Shown: piece after piece, positions 11,200 to 24,095 of the stretch
Numbering within the stretch: the first letter of the stretch is position 1
Layout: each line of letters begins with the position of its first letter
Source of the DNA: Isurus oxyrinchus
Taxonomy: Eukaryota
NCBI GenBank assembly: GCA_026770705.1
Contig: JANJGN010000301.1
Coordinates: 496,001-560,000, forward strand
Length of the DNA: 64,000 nucleotides
Direction of reading: 5' to 3'
The notes under the pieces: model-generated
Databases searched by the model: none
Seen by the model: the letters and a program-made list of their open reading frames with translations, nothing else
Told to the model about the DNA's origin: nothing
Translations under genes and position numbers: made by a program

Positions 11200-12810
11200 T
11201 CATATTCAACGTGACCTTTGTCTGTTTTTTTACACTCAGTGATGTGTCTGATCATATTGCAACAGGTTGTGTCTCAGTTGTTTCTATAATAGCTCAACCT
11301 CAGTCAATATACACGACAAAGTCCATGTTACACTATACATTCTCTCAGTTATCTTGGCTGACATGACAATAGTCCATATCTCAGTTGTTACTGCACTGGT
11401 ACTTGTCTCTACTTAGACGAAACCAGAACATGTTCCTGTTTACATGACACGAGGCTCTGTCTTGGTTATTGCACTACTAGACTCTGCCACGTTTATACTA
11501 AACTAGGGGATGCCTTGGCTAACGCTGCATCAGTCTATGTCTCTGTTTATATCACACGATGCCCTGTCACTGTTATTATTGTATAATACCGTGCCTCTCT
11601 CTTATTGCTGCAATTGCCCACATCTCTGCTTATATTAATTCAGGTCCTATGTTGGTAGTTATTGCACTATGCTCTGTCTCAGCTTATATTAGACAAGGCC
11701 CTGTATCAGATGAAACTACAGCAGATCCCGTGTCAGTTTCCTTTCACTAGATCCTGCCTCAGTTATTACTGAACTAGACCATGTGGTGTTCATATTACAC
11801 AAGACACTGTCTGAATTATTATTGTACTCGGCACTGCCTCACTTTTTACTCCACTACATCATGCCTCTGTTTATATTACACTAGATCACCTTTTTGCTTA
11901 TATTTTGTTAGACCCTATTTCAGTTAATATAGCACTCGACCTTGTGTCAGTTTATGTTACATTAGACTCCTTCTCAGATAATATTACACTGGAGCCCGTC
12001 TCGGTTTATATTACACTAGACCACGTCTTTGCTTCCATTACAATAGACCCTGTCTCAGTTTATATTACAATAGACCCTGTCTCAGTTTATATTACATGAG
12101 ACCCTTATTCCGTTTATATTACACTAGGCATTGAATCTGTTTATATTAAAATAGGCTCTGTCAATGTTATTTCTGTGTAGACCATGTCTCTGTTTATACT
12201 ACACAAGACCAAGTCTGTTATTACTGCACTAGACCCTGGCTCAATAATTGCTGATACTAGGCCCAGCCTTCGTTTGAATTACTGTAGATGCTGTACCAAT
12301 AATTGGTGCACTCGGCCCTGTCTCAGTATTACTGCACCAGAGCCTGATTTTGTTTATATTGAAATGGATTATGTCTATGATAATATTACACCAGTTCCTG
12401 CCTCAGTTGTTTCAATGCTCGGCCTCGTCTCAGCTGGCCCTGAATTCGTCCGTGGCTCTGGTTGTATTACGTGTGGAAAAGTCTCAGTTATTACTGCTCT
12501 CGGCCCTGTGTCTGTAAAAGCAACGCTAAACCCTGTCTTAGTTGCTGCTGCACTAGTCCATACATCTGCTTTTATTACACTCGCCCTGTCCCTATTTTTA
12601 TTCCACAAGATCATGTTTTTTGTTTATCTTACATCAGAGAGAGTCTGAGTTAATATTGCACCAGACCCTGTCTAGGATGTTATTAATCCATGTGCCGGAT
12701 CAATCATTACTGTTCTCGCCCCGAGAGATGATTAATATCAATTGACCCAGTGCTTAGTGCGCTAACCCTGCCTCAGTTATTTCTACGCTGGGCCATGTCT
12801 CTGTGATTAC
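11200..12810 (-). repeat. 27-bp satellite array (opposite orientation to the main array)
   Basis: Units CTAGACCCTGTCTCAGTTTATATTACA. Confidence 0.85.
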
Positions 12811-13919
12811 TGCAACTGTGAGTTGGAGAGATAATATTATACACAAAGATGTTGAGGTGGGTATTGTTCCCTGGCGTTGGCCTAAAACGGGCGGGATTGG
12901 ATGGCCCGTTCTTTGCAGCACCTGATAGTTATTTTTATTTAGTTTTCGTCAAAGAAATTATAGATCAGATATGGTCAGTTAAGATTAATGATGACCTTTA
13001 CCTGGATGTTTCAATATTTAATTTTATTTCATTCAAACTGTCACTGCGGATGATTTAGTGCTGCAAATATTTATTGATATCATGTTTCGTTGTGTACTTT
13101 TGCTTAGAAAGTGATGTCATATTGACACTTTTGTCACTAAGTCAAGCATGTTTATTGAATGTTTCTTCTCTCTGTCTGAGGCAGCGTCTAACTCATTGAA
13201 CCTCCTCTCTCTCTCTCTCAACCTTTCTTTCTCTCTCTCTCTCTCTATCTCTCTCCACCCACCATCTAACTCCCACCCCCCACAGCCCCGCTCTCTCTCT
13301 CTCTCTCTCTGAGACAGTCCCTTATTCATTTTGAATCTCCTGATATCTAATAACACTCTTTGGAGGATTTTTTTTCGCAATTTCTCTTCATTTCTCCCAG
13401 TGAAAACTTTCAGTCCACTCCTGCCTTCAGCGATTGTGTTCAAATCCAAAACTATGCATTTATGTAAATTGTAGATTGTTTAATACTGTAAGTATTTATT
13501 GATAACCAGTCTGTTGTGTGCATTTGTTTATAAAGTGATGCCAGACTGACGATTTCGTTTCTAAGGTGCTTTATCTGTCTCCGGTGATCAGTTTGAAAGC
13601 GGAGTAAATCACATCCAGAAGAACCAGCAGGTTATTAACAAATGATCACCTCAATATCTCTCAGAAGCTCCTGATAATCTCGAATGTGTGATGATTTGTG
13701 CAAGTGATGGCAAAAATCAAACTTTACCTACACCTGACATGAGACTAATACACCTGTAATTCTCCGATTTATTATTCCTGTTGATGGGAAAGATTGAAAC
13801 TCCTGCTGCTCTCCAGAGATTTTCATTATTTTTATTTCACTTTTTTAACTGTTATCTTCACAAATTCCACCACAACCATTCGAATCATGTTTGAATAGAT
13901 TGGTTTAACTGCAGGTTGT

Positions 13920-15030
13920 ATATTCAATGTAATAACGAAAATAAACCAGGGCCTAGTCGAGCATAAACAAAGACCGAACTTGATGTAACATAAGCAGAGA
14001 TATGGGTTACTGCATTAATAACAGAGACAGTATCTGGTTTAATATAAAAGGAGATATCGACTAATGAATTAATAACAGAGACAAGACCTTGTGTTATATA
14101 ACCAAGAATATGGGCCGGTGCAGTAATATCAGACACAGGACCTGGTGTAACATAAGCAGAGATATGGACTACTGCATTAATAACAGAGACAGTATCTGGT
14201 TTAATATAATAGGAGATATCGACTAATGAAGTAATTACAGAGACAAGACCTGGTGTTAGATAACCAGGGATATGGGCCCGTGCAGTAATATCAGAGACAT
14301 GACCTGGTGTAATATCAACACAGGTATCGGCTAGTGTATGTAATAACAGGCACAATACCTAGTGTAGTACAGACAGAGGCATGTGCTAGAGCGATGATAA
14401 CACAAATTGGCCCAAGGAGTCAAATCAGCAGAGAACTTGGCTAGTTCAGGAATAAGAGAGAGGGAGGACTTGGTATAACATTGAATGAACCGATATTTGT
14501 GTGAACATAATAACAAAAACACTGTATAAAATAACAACTGAAAGAGTTCATGGCGAAACACTAGCAGAACAGGGTCAACGTTAACAATATCAGAACCAGG
14601 TTAGTATTGAAAGCTGATCGGCACAAGGTTTTCAGAAATAATGAGAGAGGTTTTCATTAGAATTGAATGACATGTTGGCTCTTCGTGCAACCATTACAGA
14701 GACAGCGTTTTATACAATGAGATTGGATATAGGGAACAGATTAAAAACGGTAAAGCTCTGTGTAATTCGTGCAATGTTTGATGATAACAGAGGATAGCAG
14801 GTTGCAGTGCATCATTGAATACATCACTGGATCCAGTGTGATGACGAAACAGTCAGCACCTGATCCACCGAAATCGAGTTGGGCCTGATATAATAGTGTG
14901 AGACAGCGTCAATTGATACAATAGCAAATCTTTTGCCTAATGCCCAATAACAGAGTCAACCACCACTGCAATATGAATGGGATGGAGTTGGTGCAATAAC
15001 ACTGACACAGTCTAGTGTAATAGCAAATAA
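13920..15030 (+). repeat. 27-bp satellite array, degenerate
   Basis: Includes an internal ~160-bp duplication (13985-14145 vs 14146-14310). Confidence 0.75.
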
Positions 15031-15554
15031 AACCTAACATTCTGGAATTATTCTGCAGGTCAGGCAGAATCTGCGACGATAAACAGAACGTTTCATGGCG
15101 ATGACCCTTCAGCAAAACCGGCGTCATCGATTGGAAACTTTAACTCTACTTCTCTCCACAGCCACTGCACTCCTGATTGTTACAGTTGATCGTCCTCCTG
15201 CTTTTGAGCTGTAGGATTTGTGTTCAGATTCCACTCCAGGCTCCGTTGACCACGGGAAGAGTGTCCGTGTGACAGAACGCCGGTTTTTAATTAGCCTCCA
15301 AACTCCTCCCGCCTCTCCACACTTTCCCCAAGGCTGCAAAGTATATGACGATCCGGAAAACAAACAGCTCGACACCTGCTGTCTGACCTGTTGAGGATTT
15401 CCAGCACATTCGGTTTTTATTTTAGATTTCTAGCATCTTTATGTTGCCGTTGTACTAATGCAATTGGAACTGGGGATACATCATGTCAGCATTGACGAAT
15501 TAGCATCACTTTTACCTCTGGGTCAAACGGTTGTGGATTGAAGACTCGATCCAG

Positions 15555-15870
15555 AGAGCTGACCATTTAATAACGCCCAGTGCTCACAGTGAGAGTTTAT
15601 GTCAGCCTTTCTGTTCTTTTATCCATTATTTCCTCACACTCAGGAGGAGGAATTAAAAGCAGAGAAACTCTGGACAGTTTCTCCATCCAGCAAAGGACGG
15701 GGTCCTGGGACATTGTTGCTGCTTTGACCTTCCCGCCCTCTCCAAAAATACAAAACATCTCCCTCCTTGGATTTGCAAAGGGAATTCTGACTGCCGGGCC
15801 CGGGCCAGACTGGGGCCTGGTCCAATAATAATCAGAGGCCGGCTCCAGTGTGTCAGTAACAAAGGAAATC
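15555..15870 (-). pseudogene. Possible IgL/TCR-like V relic
   Basis: Acceptor CTTTATTTCAG; LLDQAP..PG..CKSKEGDV, QQQCPRTP, ADINSHCEHW. Confidence 0.35.
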
Positions 15871-16079
15871 TGAAATAAAGAGAGGCAGGGGGTCTAATAA
15901 TCTTCTGAATGTAATAGGATGTTAAAGTGTTAGTAAGCAATGATGTTTAGAGCCTTAGCGCAGCCTTCTGTGTTATGGTGAGTGACCCAGGGATTTGGGT
16001 GGTAGAAACGGAGCGGAAATATCATGCCAGAGGCCCGGGTGACTGACTCCACCTGACCGAGAGCTGTTGTACCCAAGGG

Positions 16080-16320
16080 GAGGACAATCATGGCGGACTG
16101 CAGAGATTTCTGATATCTGAGGTGTCAATGCTGCATCTGTCAGAGGAACAGAAAATAATCTGCTCCTTCTCATTCTTACCGACAGTTCTCCATTTACACA
16201 GACACGCAGGGGCCGGACCTGGCAGCTTGTAGAAACCAATGTTTAAATCTTCAGCTTGAGGCACATGATGACTGAAAGGATTAAACACCAAAACCTCACC
16301 AGAGGAAAAATCAGAGCCGA
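16080..16320 (-). pseudogene. V-set Ig-domain relic, paralog of 17716-18020
   Basis: EVLVFNPFSHHVPQAEDLNIG...CKW...TDAALT...HDC; ~125 bp of clear inverted DNA similarity to 17716-17840. Confidence 0.35.
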
Positions 16321-17219
16321 AAATGTTAAAGATAATCGTGCATTCTACTAAACGAGCTCTATTCAGTTTTATTATTTTGTACAAAGCAGTGGTTTGTAAA
16401 TTGTAGTGAACTTCTGAATGATTCCTGGCAATTATCGACACATATACACTCAAGCGCTGTCAAAAGACAGGATGAGCAGAGGACGAAAGCTGTATAATTA
16501 TTGCATTTTATTTGGGCTCAATGAGGGACAGAGGTTGATACAGAAAAGGTGCAGGGACAATGATATAGATGAGCATTTCAATTGACCCCATTCCCCATAA
16601 TCCTTCAAATTTTAACCCCTTTAAGTATTTATATAATTCATTTTACAAAGTTACTATTAGTCTGATGCCATGACCCTTTCAATCTGTGCATTCCAGTTCA
16701 GAACAACTCGCCGTGTGAAAAAAATAAACAAATATCCTCAAATCTTCCTGTTCAAAAAAGTAAATTTGCGTCCCCTGGTTACCGACCCTCCTACCAGTTG
16801 AAATAGTCTCCCTTTATTCACACTAACAAACCTTTCATGATTTTGAACGCTTCTATTTAATCGACACACAGAGAGGTGGAGAGAGATACAGAAAGAGAGA
16901 GACAGAAATAAAACTAATGGAAGGAAACTTAAATTGAACAAGGGAGATGTTATAGAGAAACAGAGGAAACACGTTTCGAGGGAAAATGTATGTTTAGGGA
17001 GTGTTTGTGCGTGGCGGGTGATGAAGAGGGGGGTTGGTGGGGTGTGGAGGGGGAGCTAGAGTGGGGGCGGATGGTGGAGCATGACAACGAAAAATGAAAG
17101 GTAGCAAGATCTCATTTCCCAGCTTCAGTGACTGACCATCCAGTTATGTCCTGGAAATGGAAGCTCTAAACAGATCACAGAGTCTCATTTGTAAATGTCA
17201 CCACAATGTGATCTGTGTG

Positions 17220-17490
17220 ACTCTGCCCTGACTCTGTGGCCAGATATAGGCCGCCTTGACAGATGTTCTCACCAGATTGTGGCCCCTGGATTTATTTTCT
17301 GCTCAGAAGTGAGATGTGCGGTTTGGAACCGGCAGCAGAGAAACAGGAAGTTGTGTTACCTGAGAATGAAACAGCAGGCGTCAGTTTCATGTTATCACCG
17401 TGAACAGTCTTCCTGCCTGTGAGGGTGAACTCACTCTGACAGCATCAAGAACAACCACACAGATTGCTGCCGGTCTCAGCATTGCATTCA
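17220..17490 (+). pseudogene. Possible TCR-like V relic
   Basis: DSALTLWP...C...VWNRQQRNRKLCYL...TL/SIKNN..HC. Confidence 0.3.
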
Positions 17491-17715
17491 CCTCCATTCC
17501 CAATTTAAATAATTAAATAAACGAGGTTATTTTCGTTATAACATATTAACTGAAGGCGAGATTGACTGATGGTTATGACTGGGAGAAATGAGGGGAAATT
17601 AAAACAATAATACCGCTCACAGGGGGTTATTCTAAAATGGAAAGTTTTAGGAGGGTTTGGTGCTTCCTGAGCGAAAAAGAGGAGAGAGGTTAAGTGAGTG
17701 AGCTGGTGTCTTTAT

Positions 17716-18020
17716 GCCACTGAATTTTCCTCTGAAGAGGTATTGGGGCTTAATCTTTTCAGTGATAATGTGCCTTAAGCAAAAGATTTAAACATTGGTT
17801 CCTCGAAGCTGCCAGATCCGGCCCTTGTGAGTCTGTGTAAGTGAGTAAAGTGAAGTCTGAGAGAGAGAAGAGAGGTTAACTGTTTTAGGTGCAGTCTGAG
17901 ACAGAGGAAGAGAGGGAAGAAGTTCAGTGAGTCATTTGAAAGATGCATTTTCCTTGACAACGGAATGGCCAGCTTGACATTACTTTCCAGAGCACTCAAG
18001 ACAACGCATTACCGATAAAT
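17716..18020 (+). pseudogene. V-set Ig-domain relic (B7/butyrophilin-like GxASLTL motif)
   Basis: EVLGLNLFSDNVP*AKDLNIG...CK*V...LDNGMASLTL. Confidence 0.35.
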
Positions 18021-18134
18021 ATTAACGGCAGCATAGGCAGCATATAGACATATTCTCAATAAACTATCGTAACATGTTGAAAAATAATTATGATGTCTTT
18101 TGAAAGCAATGAAACATGATATGTTCTAGACGTA

Positions 18135-18314
18135 CCCACACCACACATACAGCTGCACACATTCACACACACAGCCACACACACAGACACACGCACAGGC
18201 ATACCTACACACTCAGCCACGCAGACGCACAAACAGTAACACATACACACACACACATGCACACACAGATGCACAGACACACAGTGATGCACACATACAC
18301 AGGCACACACACTG

Positions 18315-18346
<32 letters not shown>

Positions 18347-18357
18347 TTTTCACACAC
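18135..18357. repeat. (CA)n-rich microsatellite
   Basis: Direct inspection. Confidence 0.9.
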
Positions 18358-18984
18358 AGGAACATTGGTTATTAGAAGCCTGTGGCCGCCCATTCGCCTG
18401 AGGATGCGGCTTCAGACCCTGTCTGTCACAATCAGTGACCACGCCAAAAGCAAACAGAAATTCCTGTTGAAAGAGGGAAAAATATCTGGAAATTAAAGAA
18501 ACCTGTGAGCAATTGTCATAGATAAAGTCAAGTATGAATCAGTCATCTCCAACACAATGCAGTTTGTGACTACGTTGTGCAGTGTGCAGTGCAATGTGGT
18601 TCACCTTTACTTATATTCCTCAATCTCATTGATGAAGGGAATGTTACAAGATTCACCACAAACTTTCAACACAAACTTTACACACATCACACTAGAGCAA
18701 TTAGAAATTGCACACAATGCCTAATAGTTAGTAACAAGACTAAATGAATTCTTCCAAAACATTTTTACCTACAGGATATTATAACATTTTAAAAATTAAT
18801 ACCCACCTGTCCACCTGGCTCTCTCTCCAACTCTATCCAGTTAGTAGAGACCTTTTATTGTGCAGTAATAACTGAGACTTGGTCTAGTGTATTAATAAAT
18901 GGGATTGGACCTTTATAATATAAGGTGAGACATAGAAGAGTACAGTGATGAATGAAGCAGCCTAAAACAGTAATATCGCAGGAT

Positions 18985-20130
18985 CATAGGATCACAGAAC
19001 TCTAACGGTACAGAAGGAGGCTATTCGGCCCAACTTGTCTGCATCGGATCTCCAAATGAGCATTCTGACCTAGTGCCATTGCCCTGGATTTTCCCCCACC
19101 CTTTTGCACTTTGTTTCTATTCAAATAATCATTTAATGCCCTTTTGAATGCCTCAGTTGAACCTGCCTTCCTCACACTACCAGGCAGTGTATTCCAGGCC
19201 GAACCACTCGCTGTGTGAAAAAGTAATTCCTCACGTCACATTTGCTTCTTTTGCAAATCACTTTAAACCTGTGCCCTCTCGTTCTTTATCCCTTTATGAA
19301 TGGGAACAGATTATTCCGCTCTACTCTGTCCAGCCCACTCATGATTTTGAAAACTTCAATCAAATCTCCTCTCAGCCTTCTCCTCTCCATGGAACACAAT
19401 CCCAGCTTCTCCAATCTCCCCTCATAACTGAAGTTTCTCATCCCTGGGAACATTCTTCTAAACCTCTTCAGCACTGTCTCCAATATATTCACATCCTTCC
19501 TATAATATGGTACAGAGAATGGTACACAATATTCCAGCTGAGGTCTAATGAGGGCCTTATATAAATTCAGCATAACCTCCCTGCTCTTGTACTCTATGCC
19601 CCTATTAATAGAGTGCAGGATACTATATGCTTTATTTACTGCTCTCTCCACCTGTCCTGGCACTTTCAATGATCTATGCATATCTACACCCAAGTCTTTC
19701 TGCTCCTGCACTCCTTTCAAAACTCCACCCCTTATTTATTTTGCCTGTCCATGTTCCTCTTACCAAAATGCATCACCTCACACTTCTCCACATTGAATTT
19801 CATCTGCCACCTATCTGCCCACTCCACCAACTTGTCTGTGTTCTCTTGAAGTTCCACACCATTCCCTTGGCAGTTTGCAAACTCCCAAGCTTTGTATCAT
19901 CCGCAAACTTTCAAATTGTCCCCCGCACACCAAGGCCTAGATGGTTAATATATATCAGGAAAAGCAAGGGTTCCACTACTGACGTGTGGGGAACTGCACT
20001 ACAAACCTTCCTCCAGCCCGAAAAACATTCATTGACCTTTACTCCCTGCTTTCACTTTTTCAGCTAATTTTGTATTCACATTGCTTCTGTCCCTTTTATT
20101 CCATGAGCTATAACTTTTCTCACAATTTGG
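18985..20130 (-). mobile_element. CR1 LINE 3' portion
   Basis: ORF 19286-19720 KDLGV...LYKALIRPQLEYC...RRRLRGDLIEVFK. Confidence 0.92.
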
Positions 20131-20419
20131 TTGTCAGATAAATCCTAATATAATACAAACGGAAGCTTTGTGCAATGCAACAGCAGCTCAGGAATTGTCA
20201 CTTGCAGTTTATATAGAGGCATGGCTATGTGCATTAATAAATGAAGCATCATATAATGTAATAGAGATAGAGACATAGTCTAGTGCAGTAATAACTGAGA
20301 AAAGGTCAATTGTAGTGTATATAGAAGCATGGTCCAGTGCATTAATAAGTTAAACTGCAGATAGCATTATATACACTGATACAATGCTGAGAGAAAGATT
20401 AAAGGAGAAATGGTAAGTA

Positions 20420-21075
20420 GTTGGGAAAACTAATAGAATGTTATAATTTATTGCGAGGGGAATTGAATACAAATGTATAGAAGTTATGCTTCAGCTGTAC
20501 AGGGCACCAGTGAGATCATGTTTTGTGTATTGTGCATGTATTGGTCACTTTATTTAAGGAAGGATGTAAATGTGTTGTAAGAGGTTCAGAGAAGATTTAT
20601 TAGACTAATACTTGGAATGGGTGGGTTGCCGACTGAGGAATGGTTGGACAAGCTAGGCTTATGTCTTCTGGGGTTTAGAAGAGTAAGAGGCGATTTGACT
20701 GAAATATATAAGATCCTGAGGGGCCTTTACAGGGTGGATGTGGAGAGGGTGTTTCCTCTTGTGGGAGAATCTGGAACTAGGGGTCACTGTTTAAAAATAA
20801 GAGGTCACCCATGTGAAATGGAGATGAGGCGAATATTTTCACTCTCAGGGTCATGAGTCTTTGGGACTCTCTCCATAAAAAGGCAGTGGAAGCAGAGCCT
20901 TGAGGCAGAGGTGGATAGATTCTTGCTAAGCAAGGGGGTGATAAGTTATCGGGTGTCAGCAGGATGCAGATTTCATGTTACTATCAGATTAGCCATGATA
21001 TTATTAAATGGTGGAGCAAGCTCGAGGGGCTGAATGGCCTACTCATGCTCATTGTTCGTATACTCGTGTGTTCGT
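20420..21075 (+). mobile_element. CR1 LINE 3' end
   Basis: LDKLGL..FRRVRGDLTEIYKIL; GGCCTACTC 3' motif. Confidence 0.88.
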
Positions 21076-21719
21076 ATGGTCCGGGACAGTCATCAGTGAG
21101 ACAAGTTCAGCAGGTCAAGGGCAGTGATAACTGAAGCATGGTTCAGTATAAAATAACGAAACACAATTTGCAGTGAAATATAAATTAAAACATGGTTGTA
21201 CTACAGTGTGAACTGGAAAAGGGTTAATTGGAGTGTGCACAGAAGCACGGCCTAATGTAGTAATAACTGGCCCATGATATGCATGATATAAACAGCAGCA
21301 GTGTCAGGTGCAGTGATAACTGGGAAAGGACCAATTGCAACACAAGTAGAGATATGGACGGCTGTAATAATAAATAAGATAAGGCCCATAGTACCATTAA
21401 CAGTGACGTTCACCTGTACAACAATAACTTAAGCTAAGTGTAATCTAGCGTTTACAGTTACAAATGAGGGTGTGAAATAAATTGAACAGGGGATGTATAG
21501 GAATTATTAAAACAGGGCCTCGATTGACATAAGCTGAGGCAGGGTCTAGTGCAGTGATTCCTGATACAGGGCCTGGATTATTATAGGCTGAGACAGGGCC
21601 TAGTGCAGTGATTACCGATACAGGGTTTAGATTGATATAAACTGAGACAGGGTCTAATGAAGTAATTACTTATACAGGGCTGAGACTAATGTCAACGGAG
21701 GAAGGGTTCAATGCAGTAA

Positions 21720-23030
21720 TATAAAACAGAAAATGCTGGAAAAATGCCGTTCCATTCTCTTAATTTGTTCACCTCCTTCGCATCTGTTCCGACGATGCCA
21801 CTATCCAAAATGATGCTTCTGACATGCCTTCCTTTTTCCTTAACCAAGGTTTCCCTCCCACTGTGGTTGACAGGGCCCTCAACCGTGTCTGACCACTCTT
21901 CTGTGTCTCTGCTTTCACGCATTCCCCTCTCTCCCAGAGTCATGATAAGGTCCCCCTTTTCCTCACATTTCATCCCACCACTCCAGCATTCGAAGGATAA
22001 TCCTCCGACTTTTCTGCCAACTCCAACATGATGCCACCACCAAACACACCTTCCCCTCACCACTCCACCCCCACCCCTGTCAACATTCCACAGGGACCAT
22101 TCCCTCCGAGACACCCTGGTCCACTCCTCCATCATCCGCAACACCTCATACCTTCCCATGGCACCTTCCCAAGTAATCAGAGAAGATGCAACACCTGCCC
22201 ATTTACCTCCTCCCTCCTCACCGTCCAAGGGCCCAAACACTCCTTTCAGGTGAAGCACCGTTTCATTGCACCTCCTTCAATTTGGTTGACTGCATTCAAT
22301 GCTCCCAATGCAGTCTCCTCTAGATTGGGAACACCAAACACAGACTGGCAGGCCGCTTTGTGGAACACCTTCGGTCTATCTGCAAGCATGACCTAGACCT
22401 TCCTGTCGCTTGCAAATTCAACACGCCATCCTGCTCTGATACCCACATGTCCCTCTTTGACCTGCTGCATTGCCCCAGTGAAGCCCAACGCAAACTGGAG
22501 GAACAGAATCTCATCTTCTGATTATGCACTTTACAGCCTTATTCATTTATTCATTATTTTATCCTCTTTTATCCCCTTTTTTGTTCATTTTTATACCGTT
22601 TTTCCCCAACCACCCCTACCACACCCCCAAAAGGGCAATCAGTTACTTGTCCCATGTTGTTCTTTCACAGTGTGTTGATTCTGGCTCTGCTGTTAACACA
22701 TTCTGCTTTCTTACCTTTATGACTCTTTAACACCTACTTTAGCCTTACTACTGCCATTAACACTCCCTTTTTCTGTTTGCCTATGATATGCTTGGCAGTG
22801 TCACCTGACTCCTCCCTATTGCTTGTCTTCTATCCAGCCTGACCTGCTCCACCCCGCTTAAACAGCAAAGATCATCACATTTCGACTTCTCTTTAGCTCT
22901 GAGGAAGGTCATACGGTCTCAGAAAGTTAGCTCTGCTTCTCTCACCACAGGTGCTGTCAGACCTGCTGTGATGTCCCAGCATTTTATGCTATTCTTTCAG
23001 ATTTCCAGCATCCGCACTATTTTGCTTTTA
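21720..23030 (+). mobile_element. Penelope-like retroelement
   Basis: RRCNTCPF...FQVKHRF; homologous to 4772-6212 in the opposite orientation; terminal repeat ~22890-23030. Confidence 0.88.
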
Positions 23031-23760
23031 TCCAGATTGATATAAACTGAGACAGTGCCTAGTGCAGTGATTACTAATGGAGGGTCTAGATTATCATGAA
23101 CTGAGACAGGGCCTAGTGCAATGCTTACTGATACATTGTCTAGATTAATGTAAACTGAGACAGGCTCACGTGCAGTGATAACTGATACAGGATCTAGATT
23201 AATATGAACTGAGACATGCTCGAGTGCAGTGATTACAGACACAGGATTTAGATTAATATAAACTGGGAAAAGGTCTGATCCAGTGTTTATTGATACAGGA
23301 TCTTGATCAATATAAATTCAGACAATGCCCTGATACAGGGTCTAGGTTGATATACATTGAGGCAAGCCATAGTGCGGTGATTATTCATAGAGGGCTGAGA
23401 TAAAAATAAACTAGGACAGGGACTAGAGAAATGATTACTGATACAGTGGGTAGATCAATATAAACTGAGAGAGTGTCCAGTGCAGTGATTAGTGATACAG
23501 GGTCTAGATTAATAAAACTTGAGATGCAGCCAAGTGCAGTGATTACTATTACCGGGTCTAGGTTGATATAAACTGATGCAAGGGCTAGTGCAATGATTAC
23601 TCATAAAGGATCTAGACTAATATAAACTGAGACAGGACCAAGTGCTATGATTACTGATCCATGGTCTAGATCAATATAAAAGGAGGCAGTGTCCAGTAGA
23701 ATGATTACTGAAACAGGGTCTTGATTAATATAAACTGAGACGGAGTATAGTGCTACGATA

Positions 23761-24095
23761 ACAAAAACAAAAATATCTGGAAAAACTCAGCAGGTCTGGC
23801 AGCATCTGTGGAGAGGAACACAGTTAATGTTTCAAGTCTGCATGACTCTTCAACAGAACAAAGGAAAAATAGAAAATGGGTGAAATATAAACTGATTTAA
23901 GGGGGTATGGTGGGATATAAGCTAATAAGATATATTTCACCCCTTTTCTATTTTTGCTTAGTTCTGTTGAAGCGTCATGCGGACTTGAAACGTTAACTGT
24001 GCTCCTATCCCCAGATGCTGCCTGTTCTGCTGAGTTTTTCCAGGTATTTTTGTTTTTGTTTTGGATTTCCAGCATCCACAGTTTTTTGCTTTTAT
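23761..24095. mobile_element. Inverted pair of Penelope terminal repeats with 14-bp TSD
   Basis: 23761-23890 is the inverted copy of 23932-24060; TATAGTGCT(A/G)CGAT at 23746 and 24096. Confidence 0.8.
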
